This document shows, piece by piece, positions 19,598 to 27,131 of a DNA stretch of 64,000 nucleotides. Origin of the DNA: an uncultured Spirochaetota bacterium (GTDB lineage Bacteria; Spirochaetota; Spirochaetia; SZUA-6; Fen-1364); assembly GCA_963845535.1 (NCBI GenBank), contig CAWJSK010000004.1, forward strand, positions 160,001 through 224,000. Reading direction: 5' to 3'. The notes under the pieces are model-generated. The model was not told the DNA's origin. It saw only the letters and a program-made list of their open reading frames with translations, and made no database searches. Each line of letters opens with the position of its first letter. Within the stretch, counting starts at the first letter, position 1. The translations under genes and the position numbers were made by a program.

Positions 19598-19876
19598 TCA
19601 GAGTACGTTCGGAACGACGATGAAACGCTCTTCCCGCTGGGGAGCGTTCTTCAAGAGCATATCGGAGACGTCAACCATGCGCTCCGCGTCATCCCGCGTC
19701 CTGTTTTCCCGCAGGAGCGCATGGGTTGTCGGCGCCAGGCCCTCCACGTCGATTTCTTTCATGTGGGAAAAATGCTGGAGCATCTGCTCCACCGCTTTCC
19801 CGAGCTTTTCCATCTCCGCGTGCGTGAGAGAGAGTCGCGCCATGCGCGCGGTGGCGGAAAGCTCCTGCAAATCCAT
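19598..19876 (-). CDS. gatC: Asp/Glu-tRNA amidotransferase subunit C
   Basis: ARMARLSL, IDVEG..PT, RDD, NAP......VVPNVL; directly upstream of gatA. Confidence 0.9.
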   Translation of the reverse strand: MDLQELSATARMARLSLTHAEMEKLGKAVEQMLQHFSHMKEIDVEGLAPTTHALLRENRTRDDAERMVDVSDMLLKNAPQREERFIVVPNVL

Positions 19877-20146
19877 GCCGGTAGTTAACCCGGGGCCACC
19901 GTACATGTCAAGGACGCGGAAAAATGGAGAAATCGCGCAAAAAACGCCGTCCAAAAACTTGACGCCCCCGCCCACTTCGCCGTACATTTTCTTTTAAGCG
20001 CACCCCCGCTTCCTCACTACGGAAAACTCCTTGTGACGTCAACGCTGGGAGCGTCTGGCACACGCTTTTTCCATGCCGCGCAGAAAATTACGTTTGACGA
20101 TGGAAGAGGGCATGGTACAATACGACTCTGAGAGCGAGGAATGTGA

Positions 20147-21568
20147 GTGGTAAAAAGGGACTTCCCGAAGATACACTTCTACGATCAGGATCTCGTCGCC
20201 CTGTATGACGAGACATGGATCCTGGTCAAGGACTTCTGGAAGAAAGGGACGACGCATAACGGCTTCCACAGCAGGTTCTTCAGCCACCCGGACAGCACGC
20301 GGATAAACCAGTTCGACGCGTGCTTCGCTTCGTTTTTTCTCGTGTATTCCAACAGGATATTCCCGGTGCTCTCCGTCCTGGACAACTTCTATGCCAAGCA
20401 GGAGGAGTCGGGCGCCATTCACGGGGAGTACCGCGAAGCGGACGGCAAGCCGGTGCACCCCAAGGACAACCCCCGGGGCGTGCTTCCGCCGCTTTTTGCC
20501 TGGGCCGAATACAACATCTACCACAAGCTTGGAGTCAAGAAACGCATCCGGGAAGTGCTGCCCGTATTGGAAAAGTACTATCGGTGGATCGAAACAACGT
20601 TCAAGAAAGAGAACGGATTGTACTCGGTCCCGCTTTCCGCAACCATGATGGACAATTCCCCGCGGGAAGCCATGGCGTACCCCATCGACTTCAACTCGCA
20701 GATGGCGCTCGCGGCCCTGTACATGTCGGAGCTGGCCGACATCGTCAATGACAAGGAAACCAACTACGCCTACAAGAAAGCGTACTTTTCGCTGAAGACC
20801 AAGATCAGCGCGCTCATGTGGGATGAGAAGGACGGCTTCTACTACGACCTGGACGAATCGGAGAAGCGCCTCAAGGTGAAGACCATCGCTTCATTCTGGC
20901 CCCTTCTTGCGGAGATCCCCAATGAGGCCCGAGGGGAAAGGCTCATCGACCACCTCGTAGACCCCCACGAGTTCGGCATCGAAAACCCGTTCCCCACGCT
21001 TGCCGTGTGCGACAAGAGGTTCGACCCCATGGGCATGGGGTTCCGGGGTTCCGTCTATCCGCCCTTCAACTACATGGTGATCAAGGGACTGGAGAAATAC
21101 AAGCGTCACGATCTTGCCCGTGAGTTCGCCATCCGCCATCTCTACCACGTGCTGGACGGCCTCTACACGGGCAACGGCAAGAGGGGATCGCTGTACGAAG
21201 CCTACGCGCCGCACACCGAGGGGCCTGCCCGATGGCCCGGCAAGAAGGGCTTCCCGCGCACCATGTACGTGCCGTACACGGCGCTCACGACGGTCTCCTT
21301 GATGCTGGAGAACATCATTGGGCTGAACATCTCCCTTCCTCGAAAAACCGTGGACTGGACCATTCCCACCTTGGAGCTGATGGGGATCGAGGATCTTGCC
21401 CTGAAGAGGAATTTGATCTCCATCCTCAGCGCAAAAAGCAGCAGGGGCTGGGAAGTGCACCTGGAGAGCGAGAAACTGTACTACCTCACCATCGATCTGT
21501 TCGGAGCGCGCAGCAAGACGCTTCCCATCCCATCAGGGAAGTGTTCCATCCTCGTGGACAAGCTCTAG
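20147..21568 (+). CDS. Glycoside hydrolase, (alpha/alpha)6 GH63/MGH1/trehalase-like
   Basis: PPLFAWAE, MDNSPR, MWDEKDGFYYD, TIASFWPL, RGSVYPPFNYMVIKGL; promoter TTGACG-16-TACAAT at 20094-20121. Confidence 0.75.
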   Translation: MVKRDFPKIHFYDQDLVALYDETWILVKDFWKKGTTHNGFHSRFFSHPDSTRINQFDACFASFFLVYSNRIFPVLSVLDNFYAKQEESGAIHGEYREADGKPVHPKDNPRGVLPPLFAWAEYNIYHKLGVKKRIREVLPVLEKYYRWIETTFKKENGLYSVPLSATMMDNSPREAMAYPIDFNSQMALAALYMSELADIVNDKETNYAYKKAYFSLKTKISALMWDEKDGFYYDLDESEKRLKVKTIASFWPLLAEIPNEARGERLIDHLVDPHEFGIENPFPTLAVCDKRFDPMGMGFRGSVYPPFNYMVIKGLEKYKRHDLAREFAIRHLYHVLDGLYTGNGKRGSLYEAYAPHTEGPARWPGKKGFPRTMYVPYTALTTVSLMLENIIGLNISLPRKTVDWTIPTLELMGIEDLALKRNLISILSAKSSRGWEVHLESEKLYYLTIDLFGARSKTLPIPSGKCSILVDKL

Positions 21569-21584
21569 GATCAGGCCCGGAGGG

Positions 21585-22172
21585 CTACATTGCGCCGCGG
21601 CCCTTGAACGAACGGACGAGCGTCTGCTTGTCCGCGAACTCCAGGTCCCCCCCCACGGGCAGCCCAAATGCTAGTCGGGATATTCTTACCCCTGTCTCCC
21701 TGAGCTCCTTGAGGAGGTACAAGGCGGTGGTTTCCCCTTCCACCGTGGGGTTCGTGGCAAGGATGACCTCCTGGATGCCGCCTTTGCGGACGCGCTCCAG
21801 GAGAGCGCCAATTCGAAGGTTCGACGGCCCGACGCCTTCGATCGGGGAGATGGCCCCCATCAAGACGTGGTAGAGCCCTCCGTGCTCGTGAATTGACTCC
21901 AGGGTGAGCACGTCCCGGGGCTCTTCGACCACACAAATGACCGTGCGGTCCCGGGAAGGATCGGTACAGATCGAGCAGGGATCAATATCCGTGTAGGTGC
22001 CGCAGATGCTGCAGGAACGGATGGTCTGGCGCAGGCCGGCAAGGTCATCGGCGAGCGACCTGACAAGGGAATCATCCGCGCGCAACAGGTAGTAGGCTAT
22101 TCGGGACGCGCTTTTCCTGCCCAGTCCGGGAAGCCGCGCCAGGTTCCCGATCAGCCTTTCGAGGGCGTTCAT
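21585..22172 (-). CDS. recR: Recombination mediator RecR
   Basis: LPGLGRKSA, C4 zinc finger, ICVVEE, ATNPTVEGETTA, GLPVGGDLE. Confidence 0.97.
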   Translation of the reverse strand: MNALERLIGNLARLPGLGRKSASRIAYYLLRADDSLVRSLADDLAGLRQTIRSCSICGTYTDIDPCSICTDPSRDRTVICVVEEPRDVLTLESIHEHGGLYHVLMGAISPIEGVGPSNLRIGALLERVRKGGIQEVILATNPTVEGETTALYLLKELRETGVRISRLAFGLPVGGDLEFADKQTLVRSFKGRGAM

Positions 22173-22212
22173 CTCTGATTTCTCACGGGCCGGCCAAAGG
22201 GCACTTGCGCTT

Positions 22213-22536
22213 CTACAGCCCGAGGAAGCCCGGGGGAAGACCCAGCATGCCCGTCGCCTGGGAGACCTCTTCCCTGATCTTCTCCTTCAGCCTGTCCAGA
22301 GCGTCTGTGACCGCGGCGAGCACGAGGTCCTGCAGCATCTGGATATCGCGCGGATCAACCGCCTCGGGAGCAATGGTGACTTTCTCCACCTGCATCTGAC
22401 CGTTCACTTCCACGGTCACAAGGCCTCCCCCGGCGGAACCGGTTGCCCGCACGGTCTTCAGCTTGGCCTGAATCTCCCCCATTTTCGACTGCAGCCCTTG
22501 CAGCTGCTTGAAGATCTCAAACGGATTGGTCGCCAT
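22213..22536 (-). CDS. ybaB: YbaB/EbfC nucleoid-associated protein
   Basis: GSAGGGLVTV, LQDLVLAA; lies between dnaX and recR. Confidence 0.93.
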   Translation of the reverse strand: MATNPFEIFKQLQGLQSKMGEIQAKLKTVRATGSAGGGLVTVEVNGQMQVEKVTIAPEAVDPRDIQMLQDLVLAAVTDALDRLKEKIREEVSQATGMLGLPPGFLGL

Positions 22537-24070
22537 GACCCTCGCCTTTCACCACTTCGCCGCGGAACACCTTCCGAAGCAGCTCGACTCTCTGATCCAC
22601 CACGGCCGGCTCCTGTTTCGCTTCCTGAAAAGCCAGCTTGATTCGAACGGAACGGGAAAAAAGCTCTGAAAACCTGGCCGCAAGAAGCTCCTTGTCCTTC
22701 AGGACCACCTCTCCCTGAAAATGGTCCTTTGCGGAGAAAGCCAGCACCACATCATCTCCTTCCAGGCTGACCGAGGCTACCCTCTCCAATGCGGAGGCGA
22801 GCGCGGGCTTCTCCCTGCGAATGGACTCCGCCACTTTCGCCGCCGAGCCCTGCGTGTCGACGGCTTTCCCGCCGGCAGAAGCTTGCTGCGCCGGGGAGGG
22901 AATTGCCTCAATGCGGGTCCCCGGCTGGGAAAGCAGCTCGCCGCGCATTTCCGCCAGCGCTTCCCGCACCTCCGAGGGGCTGATCAGGGAGTCCAGCCGG
23001 GACAGGCGGGAAAGGGTCAGCTCCAGCTCGAAGCGCTGGTTCAAGGAGAAACGGATGTTGCGATACAGGGAGAGAAGAAGCTCGATGGCGCGCTCGATCT
23101 GGGCTGCGCTCAAGGAGTCGAGCACGGAAGCGTCGAAGTCTTGCGGCGAATACCCCAGGAGCGTGTCCTTGGTGACGCCGCTTTTCAGGAAAAGGAGGTT
23201 TCGGAAGTACTCGGCAAGGTCTGCGACGAACTGCTCGATCGACACCCCCGTGGCCAGGAGCGCGTCCGTGCCCTCGAGCACCTTGCCCATCTCCCCGGCC
23301 CGAAGCAGGCGCACGTAGTCGTTCAGCTCCTCGATCCCCAGGACCCCGAGCTTCTCCCTGATGCGCTCCAAAGTGATGGACCCGTCCGAAAATGAGACAA
23401 CCTGGTCAAGCAGCGTGTAGGCATCCCGAAGGGAACCGGTTGCTTCCTTTGCAATCCACGTGAGAGCCCTTTCTTCCGCCTGGACCGACAGCTCCCGCGC
23501 CGCCTCGACGAGCTTCCCCTTGATCTCAGCGGTGGAGATGAGCCTGAAGTTGTACTGCTGGCACCGGGAACGGATGGTCGCCGGCACCTTGTGCACCTCG
23601 GTGGTGGCAAAGATGAACACGATGTAGGGGGGCGGCTCCTCGATGGTCTTCAAGAGCGCATTGAAGGCGCTGTTGGAGAGCATGTGCACCTCGTCGATGA
23701 TGTAGACCTTGAACCTGCCGGCGTTGGGGGCAAAAAGGACCTCGTCGCGGATTTCGCGTACGTCGTTCACGCTCGTATTGGAAGCGCCGTCGATCTCGAT
23801 CACGTCCAGGGAAGCCCCGCGAGCAATCTCCTGGCAGCTTGCGCACGTCCCGCACGGGGTGTCGGTAGGTCCCTTCTCGCAGTTCAAGGCCCTGGCAAGG
23901 ATGCGCGCAACGGAAGTCTTGCCAACTCCCCGGGGTCCCGCGAAAAGGTAGGCATGCGCGATGCGGCTCTGGCGGAGGGAGCTTGTCAGAGTGGCGGAGA
24001 CGAACTCCTGACCGACAAGCTCGGTAAAGCTCTGGGGGCGTTTTCGGGTTGCAGTGACTTCATATGCCAT
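22517..24070 (-). CDS. dnaX: DNA polymerase III subunit gamma/tau
   Basis: RPQSF, GPRGVGKTS, zinc-binding Cys cluster, EIDGAS, IIDEVHML, SRCQ. Confidence 0.97.
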   Translation of the reverse strand: MAYEVTATRKRPQSFTELVGQEFVSATLTSSLRQSRIAHAYLFAGPRGVGKTSVARILARALNCEKGPTDTPCGTCASCQEIARGASLDVIEIDGASNTSVNDVREIRDEVLFAPNAGRFKVYIIDEVHMLSNSAFNALLKTIEEPPPYIVFIFATTEVHKVPATIRSRCQQYNFRLISTAEIKGKLVEAARELSVQAEERALTWIAKEATGSLRDAYTLLDQVVSFSDGSITLERIREKLGVLGIEELNDYVRLLRAGEMGKVLEGTDALLATGVSIEQFVADLAEYFRNLLFLKSGVTKDTLLGYSPQDFDASVLDSLSAAQIERAIELLLSLYRNIRFSLNQRFELELTLSRLSRLDSLISPSEVREALAEMRGELLSQPGTRIEAIPSPAQQASAGGKAVDTQGSAAKVAESIRREKPALASALERVASVSLEGDDVVLAFSAKDHFQGEVVLKDKELLAARFSELFSRSVRIKLAFQEAKQEPAVVDQRVELLRKVFRGEVVKGEGHGDQSV

Positions 24071-24142
24071 GTGCGAGGCCTCCGCGCCGCTCTATGAGAA
24101 ATCCGGCGGGCCGTAGCAATAAGCCAACCGGCGGTGAAAAAG

Positions 24143-24273
24143 CAACCCCCTCGGCTCCACCCAAGCCGAATACGGCACATGAACACGCTGCTTACCGCTG
24201 CTCCCTTCCGGGCCTGGCGGGGTTGGGCAGCAGCTCATAGCGTATGACCTGGATATCAACGCCGAGAGGGTTG
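24143..24273 (-). ncRNA. ffs: Small bacterial SRP RNA (4.5S)
   Basis: Minus strand CCCCGCCAGGCCCGGAAGGGAGCAGCGG domain IV core; closing stem CAACCCTCTCGGC/GCCGAGGGGGTTG; upstream of dnaX. Confidence 0.92.
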
Positions 24274-24275
24274 TA

Positions 24276-24362
24276 CGGAGAGAGTGGGATTCGAACCCAC
24301 GGTACCCTTACGAGTACACACGCCTTCCAAGCGTGCACCTTCGGCCACTCGGTCATCTCTCC
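24276..24362 (-). tRNA. tRNA-Ser(GGA)
   Basis: Cloverleaf with long variable arm; CACGC-TT-GGA-AG-GCGTG; G73; CCA not encoded. Confidence 0.96.
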
Positions 24363-24364
24363 AA

Positions 24365-24714
24365 GGCACAGGATGTGCCGAGGGCGGCGTCGCCACGGAT
24401 GGCGAAGACGCCGCCCAAGACCCAGGACGGGTCGAGGTCGGCGCGTGCACGGATGCACAAGCGACGACCAAGATACAGGATGCACAAGCTCACAAACAAC
24501 CTCGCGGAGAGAGTGGGATTCGAACCCACGGAGCCGCAAGCGGCTCAACGGTTTTCGAGACCGCCCGATTCGACCGCTCTCGCATCTCTCCAAGACCCAG
24601 GATGGGTCGAGGTCGGCGAAGTACATGGACGTACCAGAGCCGACCCTGCGCCACGGATGGTACGAGGCCGTCCCGTGCATGGAGGCACAAGCGACGACCC
24701 TGCGCCACGGATGC
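24365..24714 (+). repeat. Paralogous GGA-loop hairpin repeats in two tRNA spacers (24365-24484 and 24594-24714)
   Basis: Ten A(N)GGA-loop hairpins; 29-nt repeat at 24415 and 24590 (1 mismatch); GCACAAGCGACGACC x2; CGACCCTGCGCCACGGATG x2. Confidence 0.85.
24505..24591 (-). tRNA. tRNA-Ser(CGA)
   Basis: GCGGT-CT-CGA-AA-ACCGT; long variable arm; GTTCGAATC T-loop. Confidence 0.96.
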
Positions 24715-24762
24715 CCAAACACAAGGTCGCCTCCGGCTCACGCGGGAGGCGACCAGTCTCTT

Positions 24763-24837
24763 CGTGCCCAAGAGGATTCGAACCTCCGACCTTTAGATCC
24801 GCAGTCTAATGCTCTATCCAGGCTGAGCTATGGGCAC
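24763..24837 (-). tRNA. tRNA-Arg(GCG)
   Basis: TTAGA-CT-GCG-GA-TCTAA; acceptor stem GTGCCCA/TGGGCAC. Confidence 0.95.
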
Positions 24838-24920
24838 CCGGCGGTCAGCGGTGTACTTCTTCTGCCCGACCTCCTGCGCCGCGCCAGTACACGGATGCGC
24901 GGTCGACTTTCGTTCCTGTA

Positions 24921-25007
24921 CGGAGAGGGGGGGATTCGAACCCCCGGTACTCTTACGGGTACAACGCCTTAGCAGGGCGCCCGATTCGGCCACTCTCGCA
25001 CCTCTCC
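24921..25007 (-). tRNA. tRNA-Ser(GCT)
   Basis: GCGCC-CT-GCT-AA-GGCGT; long variable arm. Confidence 0.96.
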
Positions 25008-25106
25008 CTTTCCAGCATCCCCCAGGACCTGATGAGCCCCGCCTCACACGAAAAGGGCCAGCGTGGTCCTCGTGCAAGCTGCGGAGAGGAGCAAGGGATG
25101 CGTGAT

Positions 25107-25193
25107 CGGAGAGGGAGGGATTCGAACCCCCGGAACCGCAAGCGGCTCAACGGTTTTCAAGACCGCCTCCTTCGACCACTCGGACACCTCTCC
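25107..25193 (-). tRNA. tRNA-Ser(TGA)
   Basis: GCGGT-CT-TGA-AA-ACCGT; long variable arm. Confidence 0.96.
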
Positions 25194-25266
25194 CAAGCGC
25201 ACGGAAGCGGGCAGCATGCGGACATCTTGAGTCCCGCCGCCACTTTCACGCTCTACCGGCAGTGCC

Positions 25267-25295
25267 ACTATACTCATGGCCCGGAGCTTTGTCAA
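25267..25295 (-). promoter_or_regulatory. Near-consensus sigma70 promoter of the tRNA-ffs-dnaX operon
   Basis: TTGACA-17 nt-TATAGT. Confidence 0.8.
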
Positions 25296-25328
25296 CAAAA
25301 CCGGGATAGGCAGGGAGACAGGGAGGTC

Positions 25329-26201
25329 TCAGAGGATGATTTCAAGCAGCCGTTCCAGGTCGTCCGAGGAGTAATAGGCGATCTCGATTCGCCCTTTGCC
25401 GCTGCTGCCTTTCAGCTCGACCTTGGTCCCGAGCTTCTCGATAAGCTTCTGCTCGATCTCTCTCACCTCGGGGTCCTTGCGCGCCGCGGCAGCCTGGCTG
25501 GCCTTCCGTGGTTTTTGCCCCTGCCGCTTGCCGGCGGAAAACGCAGCGGCAAGCTCCTCCGCTTCCCGCACGGAAATTCCCTTGTCCATGATTCGGTTGA
25601 GGAGCAGCTGCTGGTCGGCCGGATTGACCAACGAGAGAACTGCCCGCGCGTGGCCGGGGCTGAGGGCCCCCTTCTCCACCGCTGCTTGAGCCTCCGCCGG
25701 AAGCTTGAGGAGGCGCAGCGTGTTGGCGACAGTCGACCTGTCCTTGCCGACCCTGCTCGCCATCTGCTCCTGGTTGAGGCCTGCGAGCTCCATCAGCTTC
25801 TTGTACGCAAGCGCTTCTTCAATAGGGTTGAGGTCCTCCCGCTGGATGTTTTCGATGAGCGCGATCTCGAGCTTTTCATCCGGGCTGAACTGCCGGATGA
25901 GGACCGGCACCTTTTCCAGACCCGCCAGCCGGGCTGCCCGGACCCGGCGTTCCCCAGCCACGATGACGTACGTGCCATCCTGCGAGGGCTCTGCCAGCAC
26001 GGGTTGCAGCACGCCTTTCTGGCGGATGGAGTCCGCGAGCTCCCGCAGCGCTGCCTCATCGAACTCGCGTCGCGGTTGCTGCGGATTGGGCTTCAGAGCA
26101 GACACGGAAACCTCGGTGACGGAGGCCAGCGAGGCTTGGTCCATCTCCGCCTCTTCGCCAAGCAGGGCGCCTATGCCCTTGCCCAGCACCTTCTTAGACA
26201 T
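25329..26201 (-). CDS. parB: Chromosome partitioning protein ParB/Spo0J
   Basis: LGKGIGALL, PNPQQPR, GVLQP, AGERRVRA, ENIQREDLNPIEEA, HTH. Confidence 0.96.
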   Translation of the reverse strand: MSKKVLGKGIGALLGEEAEMDQASLASVTEVSVSALKPNPQQPRREFDEAALRELADSIRQKGVLQPVLAEPSQDGTYVIVAGERRVRAARLAGLEKVPVLIRQFSPDEKLEIALIENIQREDLNPIEEALAYKKLMELAGLNQEQMASRVGKDRSTVANTLRLLKLPAEAQAAVEKGALSPGHARAVLSLVNPADQQLLLNRIMDKGISVREAEELAAAFSAGKRQGQKPRKASQAAAARKDPEVREIEQKLIEKLGTKVELKGSSGKGRIEIAYYSSDDLERLLEIIL

Positions 26202-26949
26202 TCAGAAGGACCTCCTCCGCGAGCTTCTGGTAGCTGCGAGCGCCTATGCATTCGGGGTCATACTGGCTGATGGGCTTGGCGAACGATGGGGCCTCACTGA
26301 GGCGGACGTTTCGGGGGATGATGGTCCGAAATACCTTGTCTTTGAAGTAGCCCGTGACTTCCTGGACTATCTCATGGGCGAGCTTCGTCCTCACGTCATA
26401 CATCGTGAAGAGAATGCCCCCGATCTTCAGCTCGGGGTTCAAGTTCTTCTGGACCCTGTTGACGGTCTGCAGGAGCAGGCTCAGCCCCTCGAGGGCGAAG
26501 TATTCGCACTGCAGCGGGATGATCACGAAGTCCGCGGCAACGAGCCCGTTGAGCGTGAGAATCCCCAGCGAGGGCGGGCAGTCGATGAAGATATAGTCGA
26601 ACCTCGGAGAAAGGGTCTGCAAGGACCGCTTGAGGAAATACTCCCTCTCCTTCTCATCGATGAGCTCCACGGTGGCCCCGGTAAGGTTGATGCTGGAGGG
26701 GATGATGGAAAGGTTTGGCACAGAGCAGGCCTGGATGGCGGAGGAAGCTTCCACGCTTCCCGTGATGACCTCATAGATTCCGGGAAGATCCTTCTTTGCG
26801 CCGACGCTGCTCGACGTATTGCTCTGCGGGTCGAAATCGACAAGGAGAACCTTCTTGCCCGCTTCAGCAAGGTACGCTCCAAGGTTGACGGCAGTCGTGG
26901 TCTTTCCCACTCCCCCTTTCTGGTTTGCAAAGACAATGATTTTGGCCAT
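26194..26949 (-). CDS. parA: ParA/Soj ATPase
   Basis: NQKGGVGKTTT, DFDPQ, IDCPPSLG, QCEYFALEG, RNVRLSEAPS. Confidence 0.96.
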   Translation of the reverse strand: MAKIIVFANQKGGVGKTTTAVNLGAYLAEAGKKVLLVDFDPQSNTSSSVGAKKDLPGIYEVITGSVEASSAIQACSVPNLSIIPSSINLTGATVELIDEKEREYFLKRSLQTLSPRFDYIFIDCPPSLGILTLNGLVAADFVIIPLQCEYFALEGLSLLLQTVNRVQKNLNPELKIGGILFTMYDVRTKLAHEIVQEVTGYFKDKVFRTIIPRNVRLSEAPSFAKPISQYDPECIGARSYQKLAEEVLLNV

Positions 26950-27131
26950 CTGCTCAGGAATACCCCTTTTCGTCCCTGCTGACAATATAACGCAGCCTGT
27001 TTTTCCTATACGGACGTTACCATATTTTGCCATCCATCGAAAAAAAACCGTCAGGGCTTGCGTAGCCCGTTCTCATGCGTTATACCAGTGGCCGGTCATC
27101 GACCGCACCGACATCCTTGGGAGGGGAAATC

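Noticed and set aside
19995..20070. c-di-GMP-I riboswitch
   Set aside because: GGAAAAC is present, but the GACGCAAA junction, GNRA loop and receptor are missing.
22517..24070. Programmed -1 frameshift in dnaX
   Set aside because: I saw no A AAA AAG slippery site with a downstream hairpin on the coding strand.
24365..24760. CRISPR array
   Set aside because: Repeats vary in sequence and spacing, there are no unique spacers of constant length, and no cas genes are present.
24192..24972. ORFs over the tRNA cluster with repeated HPWRR/HG peptides
   Set aside because: They are translations of the tRNAs and the GGA-hairpin repeats, not plausible proteins.
25023..25072. Possible hammerhead ribozyme (CTGATGA...GAAA)
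   Set aside because: No stem II can form between CTGATGA and GAAA, and there is no stem III/UH site; it is simply a hairpin (AGGACC/GGTCCT, GCCC/GGGC) in a tRNA spacer.
27010..27035. NrdR box upstream of nrdD (ACCATATTTTG)
   Set aside because: Only a partial match, with no second tandem box, and it lies upstream of the likely promoter.
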